From assembly GCA_000388065.2 (NCBI GenBank), contig KB932206.1: 28,129 nt of DNA; one strand, written 5' to 3'. Made by a program: the position numbers and the translations under genes. This document shows, piece after piece, positions 1 through 14,867 of the stretch; the stretch's first letter is position 1; every line of letters starts with the position of its first letter. The DNA is from Fonticula alba ATCC 38817. Its lineage: Eukaryota > Protista > Nucleariida. The notes under the pieces were generated by a model, which was not told where the DNA came from, made no database searches, and saw nothing but the letters and a program-made list of their open reading frames with translations.

Positions 1-43
1 CCCCCGGCCCAAGCAGGACGGAGACGGGCCAGCAGTCATGTAC

Positions 44-737
44 CTTGTCGCACGAAGGAGCCATACCCGGCCGGCAGGGTGTCGAGGTTGCGTGCGCGTT
101 GGAGATCCGACTCGTGGAAGGCCCGGCCCAGGGCGGCGTCGCACCACATAAAGCGCCGGGGGGGTTGGGCGATGGCCGGGGCGTCGGTCCCCGGGGCCGG
201 GCCCGGGGCCGGCTGAACGATCCAGTCGCGCAGATTCCCGAAGCGCACCTGCAGGCCACCGTCATTGTGGGCCACCGAGCCGCCGGCGCCCGGTTGCTGC
301 GACGTGTCGCCGCCAAGCCGCGGCCGGAGCCAATCATTGAATACCTTGTGCGCGTTGACCGCCACATCCACCGGCAGGGCCCCATGAGGCAGGGCCAGGG
401 AGGGGGACACGCAGCGCCCCTGGTCGGCCATGCTCAGATCCACCCACACGCGGGACACCTCGCTCGGGGGGTCGGCCCCGGGGCCGGCTTCCAAGTGCGC
501 GGCCCAGCGCCGGAGGAATTTCGGCCCCGGCTGGCAGGCCCACGCGCGCCGGGGGACGATGGTTCCCGGGGTGGCAAGCTGCAGCTTGGCCTGCAGGTCG
601 TACATCGCCTCGGCCAGGAGGCTGGGCGGGTCGGATGGCTGGGTGCCATCCAGCAGGTCTTCGCGGATGGGCTTGTCCAGCACGGTGTGCAGCTCCAGCT
701 GTGTGATGGTGCTGGTCGGGTCGAACAGGTGGGCCAT
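44..737 (-). CDS. Hypothetical protein, first exon (MAHLFDPTSTITQLELHTVLDKP...GYGSFVRQ); gene continues beyond the left edge
   Basis: gccaccATGG Kozak context at 737. Protein-like composition, unlike the upstream part of the 36..1121 ORF, which translates microsatellite. The exon ends at CAAG|GTACAT (donor 43-42, phase 1) just before an in-frame TGA. Family not recognised. Confidence 0.7.
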
Positions 738-855
738 GGTGGCGGGTGCTGCCCTGGCGAGGGCCGAAGACGGGGCGAGGGCGCAGGGCCGAGCGGCGAG
801 CAGTGAAAGGGGCCGAGGAGGGGCAGCGGGAGGGGAAGGAGGCGAGCGGGAGGGG

Positions 856-866
856 GTATGTATGTA

Positions 867-898
<32 letters not shown>
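856..898. repeat. Compound microsatellite (GTAT)4 followed by (GT)n, upstream of gene 1
   Basis: Directly visible in the sequence. Confidence 0.95.
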
Positions 899-900
<2 letters not shown>

Positions 901-1543
901 CGTGCACAGGCACCGGGGAAGCAGGGAAGGCCAAAGAGGGGGGCTGGTGTGCCGAGGCGCCCGCTAGATCGCGGCCGTCCGGGGCACCCAAGAATCTGAC
1001 CTCGCCCGGGCGGCAGCGCGCGATCGAGCGGGCGAGGGGGTCGATCTTGCGCCTGATAGATTCCGGCTTTTCTGGCACCCCCAAGCCATCTCTTGCCCCC
1101 CGCGATCGAGAAAAGCGCCAAGATGGAGGGCGGGGCGGGGCGGTGGGGGGGGATCGCGTCCCACCGTCAGGGCATATGTACCCATGAAGGCTTTTGGGTC
1201 CCTTGGATCGCCGCCGCCGCCGGGCCGGGCCGGGCCATTGGGGGGCCACGCACATAGACGCCCAAGCGGCAGGCCCGGCTCCTCGGCTTGGGCAGGCGCT
1301 GGCGCGGTGGGGAATTTGAAAAATAACCGCTGCTCATGTGCCCGGGGAATAACGTTCCAATGAATGACAAGACTTCGGCGGCTACTGCCTGCGGACGTGC
1401 CTGCCGGCCTGCACCTGCCATGGGGCGTCCTGCCGGCCGGCGGCCCTGCCTGGTCCCTGCGGAGGGAGAGGGGCCGAGGGGGGGGGGGGGAAGCCCACCT
1501 CGCAACAGTCAATCGCCTTTCCGTTGTATTGGCCCCTCTTGCT

Positions 1544-1563
1544 GGCCGGCCGGCCGGCCGGCC
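1544..1563. repeat. (GGCC)5 self-complementary tract
   Basis: ggccggccggccggccggcc is a perfect palindrome. Confidence 0.9.
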
Positions 1564-1769
1564 GGGTGGATGGCTGGGCCCCGGGCCGGGCGTGTGCGCC
1601 GGCCGGCGGCGGCCCGGCGACGCGAAGCGTGGCAGGCAATAATGTACTACCCCTGGCGTGTTCGGGGCGTTCCCATCCGCCTGCCGTGCGGCCAGCCCCC
1701 ACCGACCGGCCCCCCACAAGCGAGCCTGCACTCAGGCAAGGGGCACAGGAGGGTATGCGCGCCCATCGC

Positions 1770-2539
1770 NNNNNNNNNNNNNNNNNNNNNNNNNNNNNNN
1801 NNNNNNNNNNNNNNNNNNNNNNNNNNNNNNNNNNNNNNNNNNNNNNNNNNNNNNNNNNNNNNNNNNNNNNNNNNNNNNNNNNNNNNNNNNNNNNNNNNNN
1901 NNNNNNNNNNNNNNNNNNNNNNNNNNNNNNNNNNNNNNNNNNNNNNNNNNNNNNNNNNNNNNNNNNNNNNNNNNNNNNNNNNNNNNNNNNNNNNNNNNNN
2001 NNNNNNNNNNNNNNNNNNNNNNNNNNNNNNNNNNNNNNNNNNNNNNNNNNNNNNNNNNNNNNNNNNNNNNNNNNNNNNNNNNNNNNNNNNNNNNNNNNNN
2101 NNNNNNNNNNNNNNNNNNNNNNNNNNNNNNNNNNNNNNNNNNNNNNNNNNNNNNNNNNNNNNNNNNNNNNNNNNNNNNNNNNNNNNNNNNNNNNNNNNNN
2201 NNNNNNNNNNNNNNNNNNNNNNNNNNNNNNNNNNNNNNNNNNNNNNNNNNNNNNNNNNNNNNNNNNNNNNNNNNNNNNNNNNNNNNNNNNNNNNNNNNNN
2301 NNNNNNNNNNNNNNNNNNNNNNNNNNNNNNNNNNNNNNNNNNNNNNNNNNNNNNNNNNNNNNNNNNNNNNNNNNNNNNNNNNNNNNNNNNNNNNNNNNNN
2401 NNNNNNNNNNNNNNNNNNNNNNNNNNNNNNNNNNNNNNNNNNNNNNNNNNNNNNNNNNNNNNNNNNNNNNNNNNNNNNNNNNNNNNNNNNNNNNNNNNNN
2501 NNNNNNNNNNNNNNNNNNNNNNNNNNNNNNNNNNNNNNN
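1770..2539. other. Assembly gap (770 N)
   Basis: N run; large enough to hide exons. Confidence 1.
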
Positions 2540-3707
2540 CCAGGCGATGTGGGGATGCATTTTGGGCCGGGGCGCGGACCGGCGGCAGGAGAGCCGGCCG
2601 TTGATAGGGCAGTCCAGGCAGTTGCACCCCACAGCCCGCGGCATGTAGGAGGGGCGGCGCGCGGGTCAGACGCGAGCGCTCTCCTGCGGGGCGTTAATTT
2701 TCTCCCGCCCCTCCCCCCCCGTACTGGGCCGATCTGCGGTGTTGGCGGGGTCCCGGCGTCCACCCGGGGCCCGCCCGCCGGCCGGCCGCGCGTGGGGCGC
2801 GCCCAGAATTCCTCCCCCCGCAGGAGGAGGGGCACATTTTGTCCCCCCCCCCCCCTCCCCCGCCCGTGCCCGTGCCGGCGAGGGGGCGGGCGACCGGCCT
2901 GCAGGCAGGCGAAGCACCCCCGGCCCCTACAAAAGGCCCAGCAGCCAACCAACCGCCCAGCCCCCTGGACGCGCGAGAGAACGCCCGCCCGCTGGCCACG
3001 CGCCTGGGGACATCCTCGCCCCGGTCACCCTCTCCCCCCCGGGGGGGGGGGGGGGCAACGGGGGAAAGAAGGGGGCCTGCTCATCAACGAAAGGGGAAAG
3101 ACGAGCCGAAGCCACCTCAGGGGGGGGCCCGGGGCTGGGCGTCCCTCTGTCGCCGGCACACATGCGCGACACAGCACACCCACGCCCACGCCCACACTCA
3201 TGCGTGCATGCATGCATGTGCGCGCACATGAGTGTGTCCCCCGCGATGGACACACCCGTCCCCTGCTCCTTGCCCGGCACCAGCCGCGCCCGGACATCCC
3301 CGGACGGCAACCGCACGTCCAGCTGACCTTTTGCAGGCCGCCCCCCCCGCCCCGCCCCCCGCATCGGCCAAACCCCAGAGCATGGAGGTCTAAGGGAAGA
3401 GGAGGGGCGCTCCCTGTCGGTCGCCGACGACCCGCACATTCATCCCCCCTCCCCCTTCCTCGCCGCCTCCAGTTCCTCGGGTTCTCCTTCTGCCGCTCCT
3501 GCCTCCTTGCACCCCGCCCCTCGCTCTCCCTTCTCCGCCGCTCCTCCCGCCTCTCGCCCGCCCCTCCCCCTCCCCCCTCCCCCCCCCTCGCCGCCTGCGC
3601 AGAGGCATCGCCTCTCCTGCTCGCGATCTCCCGCCTCCGAGGGGGTGTGCCATCCTCCCCACCAAGCCCCCTCTCTTGACCGCTCCCGCCTGCTGGGCTT
3701 CTGTGCG

Positions 3708-3930
3708 NNNNNNNNNNNNNNNNNNNNNNNNNNNNNNNNNNNNNNNNNNNNNNNNNNNNNNNNNNNNNNNNNNNNNNNNNNNNNNNNNNNNNNNNNNNNN
3801 NNNNNNNNNNNNNNNNNNNNNNNNNNNNNNNNNNNNNNNNNNNNNNNNNNNNNNNNNNNNNNNNNNNNNNNNNNNNNNNNNNNNNNNNNNNNNNNNNNNN
3901 NNNNNNNNNNNNNNNNNNNNNNNNNNNNNN
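3708..3930. other. Assembly gap (223 N)
   Basis: N run. Confidence 1.
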
Positions 3931-4019
3931 CCCCCCCTCCCCAGGGGCCAGCCTCGCCTGACGCGCCCTGTCAGCCCTTTTCTCCCCGCCCGCCTGCCCC
4001 GGCCCCTTCCGTGTGAGCC

Positions 4020-6531
4020 ATGCAGGACGACTTCACCTCGCCGTCGGCCCCGTCGACAGCCCGCGCCTCGATGCTCCGCGCGCATGGGATCCACCACCAC
4101 CACCACCACCACCATGGCCCGGCCTCCCCCTCGGGGGATGGCTACCTCAGCACGTCGGGTGGCCACCATTCCCTATCGCGCGGCGGTCCGGCCGACCCGC
4201 TGGCCAGCCTGCTGGACGAGGAAACCGACCTGACGCAGACGCCGCCGCCGATGCCGCCGTCGCCGCCGTCGACCCCGGCCTCCGGGCCTGGCCCGGGGCT
4301 GGGCATCGGTGGCCCCGGGGCCGGGCCGCGCATGGCCGGCTTCCGGGACATCCGGTCTCCCTCGGCGCAGCGGAATTTCCCCGGCGCGTCGGCCGCCGCC
4401 GGGCATGGGCCAGGCGCGCCGCCGCTCGGCTCGGCGCCCGGCGCCCGAGCCGAGCCCTACATCAATTCCCCGGATCATGCGGGCATGCTTTTCAGCGGGG
4501 CCGGGGCCGGGGTCGGCTCGCCGGCCTCGCCGGCTGCCGCCCGGCGGTCCTTCTACAGTGTGCCCTCCTCGACGCCGCAGGGGGACGACGGGTCGCAGGC
4601 CGCCACCGGCAGCCCGGGCTCCGGCCCCTCGGCCGGCGGCCACCCCGGGTCCCGGTCATACTCCTCCGGTGCCGGCGGGGCCACCCACCAGCAGCGCCGC
4701 CCGATTGGCTTTTCCAACCTGCGCTTCGGTAGCCGGGGCGCCGACGCGGAGGCTTCCTCTTCTTCTTCTTCGGCCTCCCTGGCTGGCACGGCCCCGGCCT
4801 TGGGGGCGTCCCGTCAGCCGCGCCCGGTCCCGGTGGCCGGCGGCGGCGGCGGCTCCTCCCGGCTGGCGGCGGCGGCCAGCGCCGACATCCCGCCGCAGGC
4901 CCCGGCCACGGCCTTTTTTAACCGCTTCAATCCCACACACCTGGACCCCTCGGCGGCCGGCCGGCGTGGCGGCGGCGTCGCCGCCGACATGGACGCCGAC
5001 TCGATCCCCCGACGCGGCCCGGTTCTCTTCTCCTACGATGACGACGACGAGGACGACGACAGCAACACCGCCAAGGGTGGCGCCGGCGGGCGGGCCCATG
5101 GCGGCACCGGCTCCCGGTCCGGGCGCGGCCCCGATGCCAGTGCCTCTTCCGGGGCCATTCTTCCCTGGGGCCCTGGGCCACACTTCCTCCGGCGTTCCTT
5201 CTCCATCCTCACATCGCAGCTCCATGTCTTCTTCCACGCTTCGCGGGAGACCATCCTTTCGGCCGGGTACCTGCTGCACCCGCAGTCTCTCCTGTCAGCC
5301 ACCCATGGCGTGACCAATGTCTTCACCCAGCTCCTTGGGACTTTTCTGGCGCCCTTCTCCAAGCCGCAGGTGACTGTCGTGCGTGCCGGTCCGCTTCTCG
5401 CGGCTTTCTTTTTCCCCTTTCAAATCATGCCTCTCGCCGTGTTCCCCTTCTCCTGTCTCTCTCCCTCCCTGCGCTGACCGTGTTGTTTCTCTTGCTCCCT
5501 TGTTTCTCTTGCCCCTTTCCCCGGTCTACCTCCGCGCCATGGCCGTGCTGTTTCTCTTTGCTCCTCCCCCTTTCCCCCTTGTTTTCTCTCCGTCCCCCGT
5601 CCTCCTCTCTCCCTCCCCTCCCTGGGGCGGCCCCCTACGTCGGATGGGCTCCCGGTTGGCGCCGCAGCAAAAGAAGAAGGAGCACCTCGACCGCCAGCGC
5701 TGGGCCAAGCGGTATAAGGCCATCAATCGCGACCTCTTCGAAGAGAGCAGCCAGCCCCCCCTGCTGCCGGAGAGCAATGCCCTCCCCCCGCCGATGGACT
5801 TCTTCTCCGGGCCGGGCCCCGGCTCCGGGTTTGGCAGTGCCAGTGGCAGCAGCGCCTCCGGCTCGCGGTCCGGCTCGCGGTCCGTCTCGCGATCCGGCTC
5901 ACTGGAGCACCTGTCGGCCGAGGCGGCCGGGCACTTTTACGGCAGCCCCACCGCCGGCGGCGGCATGGGCGGCCCCACCGCCAGCACCATCGGAATCGAC
6001 CAGTCCTTGGCCCATGCGGCCGCATATGATCCCTTCGGCGGGAGCGCCTTCTCGCATCACCCCATCGCGGGCTTGGAGCAGCCCAGCTCGCCGATGGGCG
6101 CCGGCGCCGGCGCCGGTCCCTCCACACCGGCGGCCGCCAATCGGCGCCGGTCCACCTTCGGGTCGCCCTTCCACCACCACCACCAGCACCACCACCACCA
6201 CCATCACCACCATGGCAAGGAGGAGGACTTGCTCGGCAGCACCGGCGCCACGGCAACCCCGCGCGCCGGGCCGTCCGCCTCCTCCACCTCGCTGCCGCAC
6301 TATTCGGCCTCTTCGCCGTCGCTGATGACCACTCCGGTGCAGCAGCACCACCGGCGCTCGATGAGCGGCAGCAGCGCCGGCAGCACCGAGGGCGGCCAGT
6401 TCGACCTGTCCCCCGCCCCCTCCTCCGAGGCGGTGGTCGCCTACGAGCAGGACCCGGCCATCGACCTGGAGCTGGACTTCCTCGTTATGCAGTTGACGGC
6501 CAACATCCGTCCCGCGTCGCCGGTTGCTTGA
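4020..6531 (+). CDS. Hypothetical low-complexity (S/G/P/H-rich) protein; exons 4020-5369 and 5668-6531; about 737 aa; two poly-His tracts
   Basis: Two long ORFs are joined in phase 0 by intron 5370-5667 (CAG|GTGACT, pyrimidine-rich body, GCAG|). The junction reads FLAPFSKPQ-QKKKEHLDRQRWAKRYKAINRDLF. Family not recognised; a further 5' exon in the upstream gap cannot be excluded. Confidence 0.75.
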
Positions 6532-7496
6532 GCGAATCACCGCAAAGCATGCATATGCCCTTCCTTTTTTTTTTTCATACATGTGTCTGTGGGGTATCAT
6601 CAGGCAGGAGGGACATGCTTCCCCCCCCCCTCCCCCCTCCCTCTTCCTTTGGTCGTCCTTTCTTTCTTTCCGGCGCACACATCCGGCCTGTCCTCTTTCT
6701 TCTCGGTGTGCGTGTGTGCATGCTGCCCGAAATACCGATATCCCGTATCCCTCCACTGGCCTATGTGTGTGTGTGTCTTTGCATCTTCCTCTCTCTCTCT
6801 CTCTCTCTCTTTTGTTTGCCTGCTTTTGCGCCATCTGCATTGTCCGTGTTCGCGCACGCCGGGCCCGAGGCTGTCTCAGGGGGGAGGCGCGGCCGGGCCG
6901 GGACAGGGGATTTCGGGGGCGCACACACCGGCAGTCACGCAAAGCCGATCAAGATCACATGCCCCATAATGGGGGCACCTGATGGCTCCCGGAAGATCGA
7001 ACGGCAACCCGTGCCCATTCGCCCGATCTGTTCGCCCGTCCGCCCATTCGCCATCCTGGGTTCTCCCCTGGACACCTCCCCCGATCGGGGCGGATAGCTC
7101 TCGATCGGCCCCCTTCCGACCCCGGGCGAGAACGGACGGCCCCTGTTGGTCCCGCCCCGCCGGGGCCGGCCGGTCCGCCTGCCCTCGGCTCAGGAGTGGG
7201 GCCGGCTCGCCCGGGCAATTGTTTGTTTTCGTTGCGCCCGGCCCGGTGTTGACACTCCCGCGGACCACACGAGACGCCCCCGTCCTCTGCCCCCCTACCT
7301 GGAGCGTCCCGGTTGTCCCGTTCCCCGTCCCGAGGGTGTCCAGGCCGAAGGCTGGAGCCAAAAGGCCGGAGGTGATTGAGGGGCATGCTGTCCGGGCCGG
7401 GGCAGATCGCCCTCTCGACAATGCTGACCCGACCAGGGCGCATCCAAAAGCATGTTGCATCGCGTGTACGGGTCCCTGCCTTGCGTCCTTCGACCC

Positions 7497-7529
7497 AGAC
7501 AGAGAGATAGAGATAGAGATAGAGAGAGG
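7497..7529. repeat. AG / AGAGAT microsatellite, intergenic
   Basis: agagagatagagatagagatagagagag visible in the sequence. Confidence 0.85.
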
Positions 7530-7829
7530 GATGTCCGCGCATATGTGTGCGTCTGTGTGTTCTTGCGCGGTGGGTCCCGGCCATTGCCAACATCCTCGGG
7601 GGGAGGAGGGGGACGGAGGAGGGGGGGGGGGGAGTCGGCGCATTTTTCGGCCAGCTCCTTTCGTCCGCACGCTCTCCATGTGGTCTCTATCATTCCCCTG
7701 TCCGGATCACAGTTTGCCTCTTGCCTCGCGTTCCCCCGGACTATCGCCGCATAACGTCCCCATTGTCCGCCGTTCTATCCTCCACCACACACACCTCCCG
7801 ACAGCGTTCCGCTTTGGTGCCTCACCGCC

Positions 7830-13481
<5,652 letters not shown>

Positions 13482-13607
13482 GAGGGCCGGGGGGGGGGGG
13501 GGGGGGGGGAGGTGCCTGCCGTCGTCGCCACCGCCGCCGCCGGTGTTCCCGATCATTTTTGATTGTGGGCCTCGTGGGCCGCCTTTCTGCACAGGGGCCT
13601 GGGGACC

Positions 13608-13613
13608 AATAAA
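13608..13613 (+). terminator. Putative polyadenylation signal AATAAA of the GH31 gene
   Basis: AATAAA about 127 nt downstream of the GH31 stop, in otherwise GC-rich DNA. Confidence 0.55.
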
Positions 13614-13952
13614 CCAGATTACCGCGCAGGGCAGGCCACGTGTTCTCCGGCGGCGCAGATCGCGCCGGATCTTTCGCGGTGTGTGTGTGTGTGCGGGTGG
13701 GGGTGCACTTTGCGGCGGGCAGCCAGGGCCGGAGGGCGGAGATGTCCCCGCGACGTGCCCCGGGGCTGGGACATAAGGGCGCCCGCCGATTGGGCCGGGG
13801 GCCGGCCGATCGGCAAGAGCCTCTCTCTCTCTCTCTCTCTCCCCCCCCCCCCCTGAGACGCGTCTTGCCCCCTGCTACTTCTGCCCTTTTCCCTCGCCTG
13901 GACCCTTTCCTTGCCCCCTGCCCCCCCCCTCCCCCCATCCGCACGCGCCACC

Positions 13953-14040
13953 ATGACGAACGGCTGGGAGAACTACGAGTTCGAGAAGACGAACTACTAC
14001 TGCCGGCACCAGTCCACCCCCTTCGACTTTATCCGCTGCA
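13953..14040 (+). CDS. First exon of unknown gene X (MTNGWENYEFEKTNYYCRHQSTPFDFIRC)
   Basis: GCCACCATG Kozak context, 29 protein-like codons plus 1 nt, then donor GTGCGT at 14041 (phase 1), matching donors used elsewhere in the window. A gap follows. Confidence 0.75.
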
Positions 14041-14094
14041 GTGCGTGTGGTCCTCCTTTGCGCGCCCTTTCGGTGCTCGCCCTTGCCCTTTGCG

Positions 14095-14239
14095 NNNNNN
14101 NNNNNNNNNNNNNNNNNNNNNNNNNNNNNNNNNNNNNNNNNNNNNNNNNNNNNNNNNNNNNNNNNNNNNNNNNNNNNNNNNNNNNNNNNNNNNNNNNNNN
14201 NNNNNNNNNNNNNNNNNNNNNNNNNNNNNNNNNNNNNNN
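14095..14239. other. Assembly gap (145 N)
   Basis: N run. Confidence 1.
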
Positions 14240-14240
14240 G

Positions 14241-14345
14241 CCCCTCCCTCCCCCCCGTGCTCTCTCCCCCCCCCTCTCTCCCCTTTCAGCCCCGCTCCGT
14301 GCAATAGAGCCATCCCCCCCCCCCTCGAAACCATTGCCCGAGTGA
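14241..14345 (+). CDS. Possible Pro-rich 3' end of gene X (PLPPPRALSPPLSPLSAPLRAIEPSPPPSKPLPE*)
   Basis: Open frame ending in TGA 14343-14345. C-rich DNA reads Pro-rich in any frame, so support is weak. Confidence 0.3.
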   Translation, partial: PLPPPRALSPPLSPLSAPLRAIEPSPPPSKPLPE

Positions 14346-14559
14346 TGCGTGTGCACATGTATGCCCTTTCTGAATGTATAGATGTCTCTCTCTCTCTGCG
14401 GCCTTCTTTGTGTCGCTGGATGTCGCCCCCGCGCGCTACCCCCTCTCTCGACGCGCGCGCGGTGACGGCCAGCGCCGCCACGGGGCCGAAGCGGCGGTCC
14501 TCCAAAGACAAGGCGCGTTACCTTGAAGCAGCCGGGGTGCGCGCGCGCGCGCGCACGCT

Positions 14560-14830
14560 CTACGGGAGCACCTGTGGCCCCTGCTCCTCGCCCGGGGTTT
14601 CCCCTGGCGGCGGCTGCGGCCACTTGAAGCCCGGCGGGAGCGGCACCTCCGATGGCTCTTCCGGGATAAGTGGGCCCCCCGTGGGCGGCCTGCCCAGGCA
14701 GTAGTCGCGGACCGTGGTGAACGACCCGTCGCTGAGGCTGATTGGGCGCCGGCGGTCGGCATCTTCCGCAACAAGGCCGGCACCCAGGCCGCCGGCCCAC
14801 AGGCTGCCTGCTTCCGGCCTGCCGCCGTAG

Positions 14831-14867
<37 letters not shown>

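Noticed and set aside
1256-1390. Possible minus-strand exon (LVIHWNVIPRAHEQRLFFKFP...) with a GTGCGT donor; also an AT-rich island at about 1310-1372
   Set aside because: No start or partner exon could be assembled, and no snRNA/snoRNA boxes were matched. It could be a UTR exon or core promoter.
1642-2660. Possible plus-strand gene MYYPWRVRG... with donor GTATGC near 1753 and an acceptor after the gap
   Set aside because: The translation is not protein-like and most of the interval is N.
13953-14345. Gene X as a 47-aa peptide (exon 1 spliced to the TTTCAG acceptor at 14289)
   Set aside because: It is phase-compatible and not excluded, but it leaves the 11927 exon without a start and gives a trivial tail; the reordered model explains more.
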